A stretch of DNA of 64,000 bases from the human T2T-CHM13v2.0 reference genome, Homo sapiens. A model generated the notes under the pieces. The model made no database searches. It saw nothing but the letters and a program-made list of their open reading frames with translations, and had not been told where the DNA came from. The DNA is taken from NCBI RefSeq assembly GCF_009914755.1, contig NC_060942.1; one strand, 5' to 3'. Numbering within the stretch: position 1 is the first letter of the stretch; the number at the start of each line of letters is the position of its first letter. This document shows, piece by piece, positions 27,338-42,334 of this stretch. The translations under genes and the position numbers were made by a program.

Positions 27338-27762
27338 TATCTTAGTCTGTTTTTTGCTGTTGTAACAAAATGTCTCGGAGTAGATAATCTATAAAAAGCC
27401 GAAATTTATCTCTCACAGTTCTGGAGGCTGAGAGTCCAAGATCAAAGTGCCAGCAGTTTCAATGTTTGTGAGGTCTACACTTTCTGCTTCCAAGATGGCA
27501 CTTTACTGCTGCATCCTTCCAAGAAAAGGAATGCTGTGTCCTCATCGTGGTGGAAAGGATGGAAGAGCAAGAGGGGACAAACCTTGTGTCCCCTCACATA
27601 GCAGAGCAGAAGAGAGCAAACCCACTCCTTCTAGTCCTTTTATAAGGGCCCTAACGCCACCCACGAGGGCTCTGCTCACATGACTTAATCACCTCCCCAA
27701 AATCCCACCTTTTAACACTAACTGGTGATTTTGCAGGGGACATCATCAGCCAAACCATAACA
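27338..27762 (-). mobile_element. MSTC/MSTD-like MaLR solo LTR
   Basis: tcttagtctgtt...gaaatttatctctcacagttctggaggctgagagtccaagatcaaagtgccagcag...caaaccataaca. Confidence 0.85.
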
Positions 27763-28199
27763 CCACATAAAAGCATGTTTAAGATTTGTTTCTGATGACT
27801 GAGACAGTTTGCATCTCAATATTAAAATTGTTCTACCTGATTTAACTTAGAGACCTTGGGTCTTTAGCTACTAAAAGATTGAATAATCACCAATCTTTCC
27901 TGAAGGAGCTTATTTTTGAAGCAGCCAATAATGTCAAACTTTTCTCACTCTCTACTTGTCTCAATTTTTCCCAATGTTTTACAATATTAATTATAATCAT
28001 AATCCCCTCCCAAAAAAAAAGTAGGCTAAAAGTAAAGTGTTGGATGAATAAAAGTAGCACATACATTATTTTAGAAGGTTTTTACAAATTGTACCCTACT
28101 CTAGGTAATTAGAAGTGGGAGCAGGTTTCAGGGGGAAGAACCCCAGCAGTAGGCTAAATTCCATGGTATGAGGTGATGCCTATGATTACAGAAATCTTG

Positions 28200-29395
28200 G
28201 GAGTGAAGTTAGAAAAGGATGTCATAAACAAGATGCAAATACTACTAATCACAAGGGGAAATGGTAAATTGAACGGCATTAAAAATAATAACTTCTTATC
28301 AAGAGGCATCACTAAAAGATTGAAAGGACACACTACAGATGAGGAGAACATATTTTCAATACACATGTGTAATAGAAGGCTCATAATGAACTGTCAGAAA
28401 TCAGTAAGTAAACGTCAAGCAAGGTAATAACACTGGAAAATATCATATAAACATACATTTCATAAAAGATGATACCCACATTTCTGATACCATAAGAAAA
28501 GTGTGATATGGTTTGGCTGTGTCCTCACCCAAATCTGTTTTGAACCGTAGTTCCCATAATCCCCCTTGTTGTGGAAGGGACTGGGTCGGAGGTGGTTGAA
28601 TCATGGGGGCGGTTACCTCCACGCTGTTCTCATGATAGTAAGTTCTCACGGGATCTGATGGTTTTATAAGGGTCTTCCCCTGACCCCCACTTCGTACTGC
28701 ATTTTTTCTTGTTGCCGTCACGTGAAGAAGAACGTGTCTGCTTCCCCTTCTGCCATGATTGTAAGCTTCCTGAGGCATCCCCTGCAATGCTAATCTGTGA
28801 GTCAATTAAACCTCTTTCCTTAATAAATTACCCAGTCTCGGGTATGTCTTTATTAGCAGCATGAGAATGGACTAATAAAAGTTGTTAAAATTCTTTAGTC
28901 ATTTTCTAAAGCTCAAAATATTCATTTCTTATGATTCTGTAAATTGACTCCTAGATATATAGGCAAATGAAAATAAATCTACCAAAAGCAACATATAATT
29001 CAAATGTCCATCATGGGAAAAATTAATTGATATATACAATGAAATTTCATACTGTAATAAGAATACAGAATATATAAGTATGCCTACATGCAGCATTTCC
29101 TTATAACAATAGTCTTAAGTTAAAAAAAAAAAAAAGCCAGAGTATACATTGTAACATTCCATTTAGATAAGTTCAAAAATAGTCAAAATTATCTATGACA
29201 CTTAAAGTCAGGTATTTGCTATTCAGGGGTTGATGACTAGAAAGGGGCAGAGAGAAAGGTTTAAAAGGCTTTACCAATGATATCATTTTTTATTCCCTTG
29301 CTATGTTTATGAGTGTCTTTACTCAATGAAAATTCTTTAAGTTTCACACCTATGATATGTGCAAATTTTAAGGATATGTTATACTATAAGGTTTT
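28200..29395 (+). mobile_element. Old L1M(E) ORF2 3' / 3'UTR remnant, interrupted by THE1
   Basis: Degenerate motifs caaatgtccatc, attccatttagataagttcaaaaatagtcaaaattatctatg, tatgttatact. Confidence 0.55.
28504..28879 (+). mobile_element. THE1C-like MaLR solo LTR
   Basis: tgatatggtttggctgtgtcctcacccaaatct...gagtcaattaaacctctttcc...tttattagcagcatgagaatggactaata. Confidence 0.92.
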
Positions 29396-29409
29396 TTTTT
29401 TTATTTTTA

Positions 29410-29931
<522 letters not shown>

Positions 29932-31271
29932 CTACGAAATTATTATCAATAGATGTGGTAAATAATTTCATATGACAATACAGTTGTCGCAGATATCATA
30001 AAATATTTTTTAGTCATTCTTACTTCCAAATTATGGTAGTTGACCCAGTGCTAAATCATGTAATTTAAGATATTAAAAATGACACATATAAATAATATTC
30101 TACCATAAATTTTCTCATCTCTTGATAATTCTATTTAGACATAATGAATGTTCTTTAGAATACTACACATTTCATGTTTTATAGTATCTCAGACTTCAAA
30201 TGGCCATTAAAAGGTTAATAATTTCTAAGCTTGTTTAATTAACAGATGATCTCTTTCATTTCTACTTCTCTGTCTGTTCTACTTCTTTTAAGTAGGCAGA
30301 CAATAAACCAGGCTTTTTAAAAGAGAAATATAATCCTATAGTCACATGAATGTGATGACCAAAAAAAGGAAGCCCCAGATTTTTTTTTTAATTTTTCCAC
30401 CCAGATATGATTCAGTTCTTCCACAATAAGGCGCATGGGTTATAGAATATGCCACGAATGGGATTATCTGGCCTCATGTGTAACCCTAAAGGGAGTCTCA
30501 AGGGTCCACTCTGTGTGGATAACAATTCCAATGCCTCGGACAGCTGCCCTTCTTGCAATTCTGTTTGTCTGTGTCTTCTCACTACAGCCCGCATCATACC
30601 ATCACCATCACCACACAAATGGCTTCTATTCCTCAAGACAGAGGCTGCTTCTCACCATTCTTCAAGAGGTTCTTACATTTAGTTAGTGTGTGCAAATTTC
30701 TCTTTGGCTCAGCTACTCCTAAAACCTCTTTAGAAGAGAGACTGTAATCACTGTATAGCCTACTAATTAATCTTACATTTGGCAGGTTCACCTTAAAGCA
30801 AAACAAAACAAAATAAAAACCTCAAGTTAGCTGGTTTTGCTGATGAGGCCAGATTTTATCTATGATTTATTGCTTATTTAAAAACAAATCATACTGATTT
30901 GTCACTATGGTTTCTACCTCTCTTTGCCAAATCATAAGTGGAAATATTCCAATACACTAGCTAAATCTTTTCCTTTCTCATATTTTAAGATGGTATGTTC
31001 TTGGAGAATTATAAAATCTATCCATCAAATAAGTGTATTATGGAAGAGTATAAGTATTGGAAAATATATCCAAAGCTCCACTCTGGAATCACCAATAAGT
31101 CATTTATTCAAAAAGTAATGTTTAGTCAACCATTGAAATAGCTTAAGGAGCTTGTGATATGGCAGTGAATTACACTACATATAAATCAGACTCAAGTCTT
31201 CAAACTTTCATCACTTCTGATCCTTATGTGAAATAGGAACAGTTGTTATATTTACCCTCACTTCCTCCCAC

Positions 31272-31439
31272 TGTTCCAGCTTCATGGGTGTGCAGCCTGT
31301 TCAGTCAGTCACAGAGGGGCCTGCACTTAGGGTCCCACTTGAGTTTAATGCTATGTTGCCATCTTCAAATCCTTCATGGTTTTTGAACAAGGGTCCTGAA
31401 TTCTGTACTGTTTCCTAAAAACTGTTGCAGCCAGTCCTG
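31272..31439 (+). mobile_element. MER45A-like hAT MITE
   Basis: ccagcttcatgggtgtgcagcctgt...tttaatgct...tttttgaacaaggg...gcagccagtcctg. Confidence 0.65.
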
Positions 31440-31933
31440 CTCCCTCCTTATAATGGATTTATAATTAAAGGTAAATTGAGTGAGGAGTGTGAATATTTGT
31501 AGATCAGGTGCTATGTTTGTGTTTAAAATGGTATGTTTTTAAAAAAATTCCACATTGCCTCATGTTTCAAAGCAAATTTCTGAGTCTTTTTTAACTCTCT
31601 TTGCTGCTTTTATCTCTTTTGAGGGACTCAGAATTTGTCTGTCTTTATTGTGTTTCCATTTATACCTTTTATCATAAACAACACATTTTCACTTTTTTAT
31701 ATAATTCCTGGCTCTATGTTGATATTCACTAGAGAAGGAAGACATTACCACAGAAAGAAGTATATATTTGCAAGTGCAACAAGTGTTAAAGAGAGGTTGT
31801 TTGTTTTTCAGCAAGTAGACTCCTGGATTAAATAGTACTAATCAAAGATCAGCAACTTTTCCAACTTCTCCCAGGCCTACCTCATCAAGTTTTATAACTC
31901 TTCTAGCATTGCAAGTCAAAATATAAGGCAGTG

Positions 31934-32032
31934 TTCTGAAAACACTCTCACAGGCACTCCCAGAAACAATGTTTTACCAGCCATTTAGGCATCCTGACAT
32001 TTAATTGAGTGACACCTAATATTAACCACCAC
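31934..32032 (-). mobile_element. MLT2 LTR 5' fragment
   Basis: aaacactctcacaggcactcccagaaacaatgttttaccagc...gacacctaatattaaccaccaca. Confidence 0.75.
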
Positions 32033-32755
32033 ATCATGTGATCCAAAAATCTCACTTATTTCTCTTTAACCAAAAGAGTTGAAAATGTGTGTCCACACAA
32101 AAACCTGTGCATAGATGCTTATAACAGTTTTCTTTATAATGGCCAAAACCTTAAAGCAACCAAGATATCCTTCAGTAGATGAATGGATAAGTTATGTTAC
32201 ATGCAGACAATGGACTATTATTCAGCATTCAAGAGAAGTGACTTAACAAGCTACAAAAAGACACGGAGGATATTTAAATGCACATTGCTAATTGAAAGAA
32301 GCCAATGTGAAAAGATTACACACTGTGTAAAATCAACTATATGACCTTCTGGAAAAGGTAAAATTATGAAAACAGGAAAAGGATCAGTGGTTGCCAAGGC
32401 TTGGGGTTAGGGATAGAGATGTGCAGGTGGAACACAGAGGATTTTAAGGGCAATGAGACTACTCTCTATGATACTATAATGGAGGGTACATGTTTTTATA
32501 CATTTGTCCAAATCCATAGAATATACACCACCAAGAATGAACCCTAAGGTAAACTGTGGACTTTGGGTGATTATGATGTGTCAATGTAGGTTCATCAAAT
32601 GCAGGAACTGTACCACTCTGGTGAAGGACACTGATAGTGGAGAGGCTGTGCATTTGTGAAGGTGGAGGATATACAGCTAATCTCTGTACCTTCCTCTGTA
32701 CTTCAGTTTTGCCATGAATCTAAACTTCTGTAAAAAAAAAAAAAAAAAAAAAGTC
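32033..32755 (+). mobile_element. L1MC-like 3' end with poly-A
   Basis: gtccacacaaaaacctg...gaaccctaaggtaaactgtggactttgggtgattatgatgtgtcaatgtaggttcatc, then a long A-run. Confidence 0.88.
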
Positions 32756-34027
32756 TTTAAAACCAAACCAAACAGAAAGAAAACCTTCTGAGAAGATTCT
32801 AAAGAGAAGCCAGGGTGAAGAATGACACATTCTATTTACAGGTTTAGATAGATCACCCTTTCTTCCCCACTCCCTCTCCTTACCATCCTCTATCCTTTCT
32901 TACCTCTCTCTTTCCCAGTTCATCTAGAAGTAGATGTCTTATTTTTATGTATTAATGGTACCTATAATGTGATTTTCATCTTTTAAAAAATATTAAATTT
33001 ATACCTGTGAATATCTTGTCGGGGGATGTGTGTATGAAGGGACTGGCATTGTGAAAGTGCCTTTTATGGGACATTGGGAGGTAGAAAAATAGATTAATTT
33101 AGGAAAATTCTCCATAAGATCATATAGGCTTACAGTTAGAGTCGTAGAAATGCAGAAGCCTAATAAAAGATAGTTACAGGTATGTGGGGTTATCCTTCCC
33201 ACTTCTAATCCATCTGCTTTTAAATTCTAGAAGTGGTGTTATTCATTCTCTGCCACCTTTACTAAATAGCTTACCTGACCTAGTTTGTGGTAAAGAGTAA
33301 GAGAGTTTTCAGTGCAGTTAGAAGGTGGCCCCTGGTGACTACTTGCAGCGTATAGAGAGAGATCATCACCCAGAGAGATGATAAATTGGCTGAATAAGTG
33401 TCCATGATCTGTAAAGGACATTGCAATTCAGTTTGAAAGACATTGTGTAACCTCTGTAGCCCTTTTCAATTTCTTATGCTGTAATTCTACCACAAAGCAG
33501 GCAGCAACTAACCCACCACTTAAGTGTCCACAGCTATCCCAGCTATCCACCATGATGACCATCTATCGAAAAGTCCATGCTATCTTTATTTGAAAATAGC
33601 AAAAGGAGAAACATATATAGAATCTAGTCCTGAGTTCAGACAGTTGTATGATCTTGAGTTTCCTTGTTCTTTGCCTCTCTTTGAATAAGGATTTCTGTAT
33701 GGAAAGCATGCAATATTCAAGTGGGTGGAATTTTGCCTATAACTCTGCCCATTTGACTTCCAACCTACAGATTAGTAGAAAGAGGTGATACAAAATGTAT
33801 TTCCTGACAGGTAATTAGGTATTACCAAATAGGAACTGGAGTTTAAAAAAATTAGAATAGCATGAGCAACCTTTTGGCAGAGAAGTATTTGCAATGAATC
33901 TGAGCACATCAGAGTAAAGATGCCGATTTTAGGAGCATACTAGTGAAGGTAACTGTGAGCCCTCACATCCAAGGTCATCCCCTTATGCATCTAAGCCATC
34001 AGTACTATATTTTGATATTTTCTGTGT

Positions 34028-34443
34028 ATATTCTTTTCTTAGGTTTCCTATAACAAAGTTCAATAAACTCAGTGGCTTATAACAATGGACATTTATTCTT
34101 TCAAAATTCTGGATCCTAAAAGTCCAAAATCAAGATGTCAAGATTATGCTCCTTCTGAAACCTCTTAGGAGGAAGGTCTTTGCCTCCCTCTTTAATCTTC
34201 TGGTAACTTCAGGTGTTAACTGCAAATTGTGTTTTCACATGGCTGTCTTCCCTCTGTGTCTGTGTCTTTTCTTCTTTTCTTATAAGGACAGCAGTCATAT
34301 TGGATTAGAGCCTGTCTAATTCAGTATGACCTCATCTAATCCTGAGTACATCTACAAAGACCCTATTTCTAAATGGGATCACATTTACATGTATCAGAGA
34401 TTAGAGCTTCAGCTTATCTTTTTGCAAGACATAACCCATAACA
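34028..34443 (-). mobile_element. MLT1B/C-like MaLR solo LTR
   Basis: ctataacaaagt...aaactcagtggctt...tcttataaggacagcagtcatattggattag...acccataaca. Confidence 0.85.
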
Positions 34444-34764
34444 CTGTATATTGTTCTGTCTACTTAGTACTTATGAAAAATAAGACCTTGTTTCAGAATG
34501 GGCAATAATAAAATAAATTGGTAATAAAATATCCCTTAAATTCTCAAGTCCCTTCTTTTGGCCCATTGTCTTAAATACCACAGTACAGGAGTTAAACCTG
34601 CTATGAATTTCAAGATGTTGTGGGAGGTTGAAGTAAAAACTGTATTTAAAAATCATAAAGCAGCTTTAGAGTTGGACATTAGCACATTTTCCTGGCATGT
34701 AAAAACTGAGTAAAATATTCAACAGAAAACAGTAGCTCTCATAAGAAGTTATCTTTGTCAGAAT

Positions 34765-35095
34765 AACCATGAAGTAATAGCATTTGCACCAATCTGGATG
34801 GAATTGAAGACTATTATTCTAAGTGAAGTAATTTGGGAATGGAAAATCAAATATCCACTCATAAATTAGAGCTAAGTTATGAGGACAAAAAGTCATAAGA
34901 ATGATACAGTGGACTTTGGGGACTCTGGGGAAAGTGTGGGAGGGGGTGAGGGATAAAAGACTACACATTGGGTACAGTGTACACTGCTCAGGTGATGGGT
35001 GCACCCAAATCTCAGAAATCACCACTAAAAAACTTGTTCATGTAAGCAAATACCACTGGTTCCCTCAAAAACCTATTGAAATTTTTTAAAAAAAC
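34765..35095 (+). mobile_element. L1PB1-like 3'UTR fragment
   Basis: ataagaatgatacagtggactttgggga...gggataaaagactacacattgggtacagtgtacactgctcaggtgatgggtgcacc. Confidence 0.9.
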
Positions 35096-35589
35096 TATAG
35101 GTTTATTTCAAGAAAGACTGTGGCTTCAAATACATTGGGAATGGATAAAATTCCATCTTCTTTTTCAGCCCAGGTCTCCAAACTCCCGTCAAATCCATTA
35201 CTCAGCAAATATTAATATTTTATGAAAAAATTGGCTGTCCTTCTCGAGCTCCCATGGAGTCCAGTAAGCCACACCATCCCACATGACAGTCAGAAGCTGT
35301 AATAATTGCTTTCTTTAGCGGATTCCTTAAGACTATAGCAAGACTGATGCTGTATGCCCAAGAGTAAAACAGTCATATCTGATCTACATTGACCTAGGAC
35401 AATTCCTTATGTCTTTTTAAAAAGTCAGACTTTCGTAATTAGTCTTTCTTTTCCTGCCTATTGAAAAAAGTGTCTACTACCTTCAACATAACAATCAAAA
35501 GCAGAAATTTACATTTTATTCTATCCTCTAAAAACTACAATTCACTTATATTAAATATGTGTTTCCAACAATGTAAAGTAGAAACTTTG

Positions 35590-36630
35590 CATCTAGTCAC
35601 TTATATTAGGTATTTATCCTAATGCTATCCCTCCCCTAGTCCCCCACCCCCCGACAGGCCCCAGTGTTTGATGCTCCCCTCCCTGTGTCCATGTGTTCTC
35701 ATTGTTCAACCCCCACTTATGAATGAGAACATGCAGTGTTTGGTTTTCTGTTCCTGTGTTAGTTTGATGAGAACAATGGTTTCCAGCTTCATCCACGTCC
35801 CTGCAAAGGACACGAACTCATCCTTTTTATGGCTGCACAGTATTCCATGGTGTATATATGCCAGATTTTCTTTATCCAATCTATCATTGATGGACATTTG
35901 AGTTGGTTCCAAGTCTTTGCTATTGTGAATAGTGCCACAAAAAACGTACATGTGCATGTGTCTTTGTAGTAGAATGATTTATAATCTTTTGGGTATATAC
36001 CCAGTAATGGGATTACTGGGTCAAATGGTATTTCTAGTTCTAGATCCTTGAGGAATCGTCACACTGTCTTCCACAATGGTTGAACTGATTTACACTCCCA
36101 CCAATAGTGTAAAAGCATTTCTGTTTCTCCACATCCTCTCCAGCATCTGCTGTTTCCTGACTTTTTAATGATCGCCATTCTAACTGGCATGAGATGGTAT
36201 CTCGTTGTTTTGCTTTGCATTTCTCTAATGACCAGTGATGATGAGTTTTTGATAGGTTTGTTGGCTGAATAAGTGTCTTCTTTTGAGAAGTGTCTATTCA
36301 TATCCTTTTACCACTTTTTGATGGTGGTGTTTATTTTCTTGTAAATTCGTTTAAGTTCTTTGTAGGTTATGGATATTAGCCCTTTGTCAGATGGAAAAAT
36401 TGCAAATTTTTTCTCCCATTCTGTAGGTTGCCTGTTCACTCTGATGATAGTTTCTTTTGCTGTGCAGAAACTCTTTAGTTTAATTAGACCCCATTTGTCA
36501 ATTTTGACTTTTGTTGTCGTTGCTTTTGATGTTTTAGACATGAAATCCTTGCCCATGCCTATGTCCTGAATGGTATTGCCCAGGTTTTTTTCTAGGGTTT
36601 TTATGGTTTTAGGTCTTACATTTAAGTCTT
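35590..36630 (-). mobile_element. L1PA7-like fragment lacking its last ~95 nt and poly-A
   Basis: cctaatgctatccctcccctag...tagtagaatgatttataatc; ORF2 remnants in ORFs 36059-36301 and 36308-36556; no poly-T at the left end. Confidence 0.92.
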
Positions 36631-38899
36631 TTTCATTTTACATATTAGTGTTGAAGATTGTCGTTTTAAGAAGTTTCAAAATAATGGAAATTTCCTATGT
36701 ACAATATTAAGTGTTTTTAATTTTTTAATTTATTAATTTGGTTTAGAAATTCAAGAGAAAAAGTAAAATGAATCAGCGTTCATGCAATAAATGTGATTGC
36801 TTTTTAAAATTAAGTGAAAATAGAAAGGTTTTATAAATGTGTGCTCAGTTTTCTCAATAGCAATTAAACTACAGTAATACACGAAGTAATTAAAGTTTCA
36901 GTCATAGTTTTTGTTCCTTTACCTTTCTTCTACAGAAAGTAACAAACTATTCACATTGTTCAACAATAACCTACAAATGTGAAGAGCTTTTTTTAAATAA
37001 AATTATTAGAAAATCTAACCTCTGGATTTGTCTCAAGTACTTAATAAATATTTTCAAAAGTTAGTATCAATGAAGTTCTATGTGTTTTATTGCCAATATT
37101 TATATTTTTATGCAAACAATGACAGCAATAAAGAAGGCTAAAATATAATAATGAAACACCACATAAAAACCTTTAAGAGGTTTTACACAATTGATATAGG
37201 AGATCACATTATTACTTCCTAGGTAAAATGTAAATAATTAAGTTCTACCATATTAAATAATTTATTTCACTTCAATATTATTTCTAATGTTTTGTTGAAA
37301 ATAAATTATTTAAGAATCTTATGTTAAAGAAAGACTCTTCAGTTTATTGAAGAAAATTACATGAAAATCTTAAAGCTCAGTAGGAAAATTGAAAATGAAA
37401 ACACTGTATAACATCTTCCTCTGTTGCTATGCTTCGTAGGAGATAACTTTTCCTGGTCGCTGCTTCTGCAGCATGATGTTATTCATGAAGCTCAATATGC
37501 AAAATAAAAGGGTTAAAGGGATTCTATTGAAAAAAATAATAATTCTAAAATTTTCTATAAGGATTTATTAGTTTGTAAGTACTTTAGTTTCCAATATTTC
37601 TATTTTCAGAAACGTAGGTTTCATAAATTGATTTTGAAAGAAAAATATAAATAACTTATCTCAAATACTGTGCACATGTGAGTTTTAAAACTATGCATGT
37701 TTTAATCTATAGGCAAACTATATATCTATGATTTAAAAGCATATATTATTTATATGAAACCTATATGCTTATAAACTACAGATATAATTTGAAATATATG
37801 TTTGTGTATATAGTTTTAAAATAGCTTCCCTAAGTTTGACATAATCTGACACCTGAATTTCTAATGACTTCATATTTAATCAATTCAACAATTTGTCATA
37901 TATATAATTTGAGTTGCCTAAATATTTGTTATTCCCATTAATAACACTGCTATTCTTCGAGGCAACTCATGTAAGAAATCTCAGTCACCTTTCACTGACT
38001 TTTCTTCCAGAATTCCCATGATAAATCAATCATAGGCAATACTTACTAGTTGGTTTTTAGGTGGATAGGGGTTCAAAAGAATGATGTATTTAAACAGAAT
38101 TTCTTGCTTTGTATTTCAACTTGATAAAAGCAATTTGAAACCTATGAAATATGAAAAAACTATTGAGGCAACCAACCAAATTCCACAACCTGGGATTAAC
38201 ATTTTATCATCTCACTTCTAGAAATTTTAGAAAAAGTAAATCATTATGGAGTAAACCAATCTCCTTTTGAATTAACACTCCCAATATCTTCTCCCATCTT
38301 CACTCTCCAGCGACTATTGCTCTAGTGAGTCTATATCATTACACTTTATTATAGTATTCACAATTTAAAATTTTTTAAATGTATGCAAATTCCACTATTC
38401 TACAAGATAATTTTGAAATTCAAAATACTCATTAAATTATATTTTTAAAAGAGTCCTCATAAGTATAAAATTATAATTTATTAGCTATGTATATGTATAT
38501 ACATGTATATTTGTGGGTTTGTATACATATATAAAATTCATTTAACCTACATAAGACAAAATCACTTATTCTATAACTATTCTCCAATTGATGTCTCTGT
38601 TTCCCTTTTTTTTCCTCTACTACATAAAATGCCCAAATGAACAATCTTGAGGTCCTTTTGCTCACATGTGAGAGCTTTCCTGGATAATATAGCTAGGAGA
38701 AATGGTAATTATTTTAACAACATAAAATACATACAAATGATTTAGTAATGAACATGACAGACATGGGCCAATGAAAAGATTAGATTCTTATGATAGAAGT
38801 ATAGATAATTATTTTCTTCAAAGTAGTCTTTAATTATATTAATATTACCTGCTTGGTAACTAATAATAAAAGTGAACAATTAAAATAAATAATCTATAG

Positions 38900-39280
38900 A
38901 TAGGCACATAGCTGACCATATAAAGACAGAATTTTTCAACCATTCCAGGAACTCGGGGTTGCCGTATGATTAAGTGTTGGGCAACAGGATGTGAGCAGAA
39001 GTCATATGTTCCAGGTGTAGCTGTTGGCTTTCAAACAGAAGGACCTGAACTCCCTTGGTCTCTTTCTCTTTCCCCTGGGAAATGGAAAGACTTGAGGTAT
39101 CTACAATGAGCTCATAGATAGGAGGGTATGAAAGAGGTGGAGTTTTCTACAAGGCTGGGTCTACTTATATCAAACCGTTATATTAGAAAACCCCAAAACT
39201 TTCATTTTTTTTTGTCTATTTCACTACTTTGGCTGACATCTTTGTTACAACATCCTAACCTATACTACTCCTGATATAAA
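38900..39280 (+). mobile_element. Old MLT1 (I/J/K-like) LTR remnant
   Basis: gggcaacaggatgtgagcagaagtcatatgt...tttgttacaaca..ctaacc. Confidence 0.5.
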
Positions 39281-40014
39281 CATTCCAACACAAACTTTCA
39301 AAGACTTGCATTTCAATATGAAAGCCAGTTCAAAGTGAGTGTCTTTCTCAAAATGAGGCTTGCAATATGTTATGTTTCATTTACTGAAGAAAGGACAGGC
39401 ACTCGAGTCTCCTCACGGTCCATATCTAAGTTGAACGTGTCCTTTTTTACTTCACACACCATCGAGTCTGCATCTGCCACAAGAGTCACTGAATTCTGAC
39501 CCTCTTGGCTGATATACAGCCAATCAAGAATCAGAAAACAGTTCACTTGTTTTATTTAACAGGGAATGTTTTCTGATTTTGTTTATTCAATATGGGTTTT
39601 GTTGCTATTATTTCCCTCACAGGGCACTGTCTATTATATAATTTCAGCCCTACCTTTTTCTGTTGATATGCCAAAGCATATTCTCATATTGATCTTCATA
39701 CACAAAGCAGAAATATGGAATTCATGATACCTTAATTTCCTATTATAAATCAGTTCATTCAGCACAGATGGGCATGAGTAACATCCGCCATGTACAATGA
39801 ATGTGAGAAACGCTTCTAGTTTATTTGTAAGGAAGTAGACACCAAATACTCAGAGAAGACTTCTAAGGATGCAGATGTTTTAACACTAGGGCTATCACTA
39901 AGCTTATTGATATATCTTAGGATTTTAATTTGTCTAATCCATTTACTCATTTTAATAAAATCATTATTATTAGAATTAATTTTAATGATAAATTCTCAAT
40001 CATTTTGAATAAAT

Positions 40015-40325
40015 CATTCTTATTCAAATATCAGCTCAGCAGTAATGACATTCCTGACTGTCCCACTTACAATCAAATTCTGTAGAACATTATATCCTCC
40101 TATCTGGCTTTACTTTTATTCATTGTACTTACATGATTAATATCATTTTAAATATATATACATTTGTTTCTTAACCAACTAGAATACAAGCTCCCTCCCA
40201 CCAGAGACGTAATATGAGCTCCATGAAGTCAGAAAGATGGTAATGATTGCTGTGCCCACAGTAACTGAAACAACTCCTTGGTTATAAAAGCTACCAGATA
40301 AATATATTCTAACAGGACTAATGAA
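40015..40325 (+). mobile_element. L2 3' end remnant
   Basis: ctagaatacaagctcc...gagctccatgaagtcaga...gataaatatatt. Confidence 0.55.
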
Positions 40326-40819
40326 CTTTCTGGGTTATTTTATATCAACCTTTTTAGCCTTTTAGGTTAAAAAACATAGCATTCTTTGCTCTGCCTATGG
40401 AAGGTGAGGAGAGTGAGAAGAAAGATTCTGTTTGTTATGCTGAGAGAAATTATTTATTCAGTCAGGATATTCAAATATTAGCAACACAAAAACATATAGT
40501 AGGATATCCAAATAGTATGGGTATTCTATTATGATGTACAATATTTTTTAAACTCTTGAATAATTAGTTAAATAAGAAATGGCAAAAGAAGAAACACAGG
40601 AAAATACAATGAATAGGAGATATTAGCAGAAGTGAAATAAAAATGTGTCATAACATGTGATAGAATTGATATTCTATTAAAGAATATTTAAAGATTTATT
40701 TTTAAAAAGCAAAATACAGCTATATTCTTTGTATAAGAATCACTCCTAAAAAAAAATTTGAGGAAGCCCAACTAGAAGAAATGAGCAAGAATAGATCAAA
40801 CACTTAGAGAAAACAAGAA

Positions 40820-40921
40820 AGCAAGAGAGTGAGAAAGAAAGGAAAGGAAAGGAGAAAAGAGAAAAGAGAGAAGGAAGGAAGGAAGGAATGAAGGAAGAAA
40901 TGAAGGAAGGAAGGAAAGAAG
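40820..40921. repeat. Purine-rich (GGAA/GAAA)n simple repeat
   Basis: Direct reading. Confidence 0.9.
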
Positions 40922-41277
40922 ATAAAGTGGCAATAGTGGCAATATGAATATCAGATTATATGAAATTTAAAGTCAAAAATATTAAAGTCAAAAACAGTGT
41001 AAAGTGTATTTTATAATGGAAAAAGATAGGATATTTTACAACTTAAAGATCAAAGGAAAATCTTTAGTATTTCGTAAAGATAAGAGGACAATATTAATGT
41101 AAACAGAGAAAATTACCAACCTTTATATATTCAGCACAGGTGGATACAAAAAAATAAAACCTTTTATAAATAAAGGAAATGTGATTAATCTAATACTACT
41201 GACAGGATTTATGACATCTTCCTCAGATAAATAGAAAAAACTAATAACCAAAAATTTTAAAAGATTTGAATAACAAA

Positions 41278-41682
41278 AATATCTCATATGCTATCATCAA
41301 TTGACAAAAAAAATTCATTATTTCAAATACTCATGGAACATTCACAAAGACAAACCATGTATTAGGCCACCACATAAAGCTAAATAGTTTTTAAAAGTAC
41401 AAATTACCTTTGGCTACTCTCTTGCCCCCAAATGCAACAAAAAGATACTTAGCACAAACACCTTTTTTTTCCACATTGTCTTGTCTTACCTGCCTAAGGA
41501 TTCTTTATCTTTATTTGAAATCATATAAATGCCAGTCATCTTTAAACATCTTCTTCATTAAATAGGAAATCAAAATTAAAATTGTCATTCTATGTAAATG
41601 AATAAAAATTGGGGCATAATTAAAACCTGTACAATATTTCAAAAATAACTAAAAAAATTTATTGCAATTAATGCCTCTATTA
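41278..41682 (+). repeat. Inverted repeat, left (source) arm, 405 bp
   Basis: Reverse complement of 42335-42738; 5 substitutions and 1 indel by manual alignment. Confidence 0.97.
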
Positions 41683-42334
41683 GAACACAATAAATATCTA
41701 AAAGAAATGAGAGATGACTACAATTCAAGAGTGTAAAAATATAGTAAAATAATATCCTAAAATGTTCTAGGACTTAACACAGACAAAAGGAGAAAATGAA
41801 TAAAACACAAACCATGTGGACAGCTGAAAGCTGGTTCCTGGAAAAAAACAGTAAACCATTTGCCAAGTCTGATCATAAGAATAGGAGAAAGGAATGACAC
41901 AACAGCAATTGTGATGAAAACTTGGATGTTAAAAGAAATATGAAATATAATCTAAAACTTAAAATATAGTAATGAATGAAATTATATGGTAGGATATTTT
42001 TTTCTGTAAAAACATCCACTACCAAAATTGTTTCACAAAGGAGTAAAGCTACATAGACTAATAACCACAGAAAAAATATAAAAGTTAGTCAAAATATAGA
42101 ACCCTTCCTTTCTCCAAAAAAGGAAGACTTCAGCTTCAAAACGGATGGAAACAAACAGCTGAAGAACAGGCAATTCCAATATTATTAAGGTTTTCTAAAT
42201 GTAAAAATAAATACTTTATTCATCCTAAGATAAACAAAACCCTAACAGAGAAATCCACTAAGGACAACTCACATTCAAAATTAAAAGAAGAGATTACATT
42301 CATTTGTAAATGTATAAACAGATATGAATGATAT

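Noticed and set aside
35590-36630. Endonuclease-independent or twin-primed L1 insertion as the reason for the missing tail
   Set aside because: The missing terminus is present ~13 kb away in opposite orientation, whereas twin priming leaves the pieces adjacent; a later inversion is more parsimonious, though unproven.
40927-40995. Micro tandem duplications (agtggcaat x2, ttaaagtcaaaaa x2; similar ones near 4121, 20670, 51030, 56607)
   Set aside because: Ordinary slippage products with no higher-order pattern.
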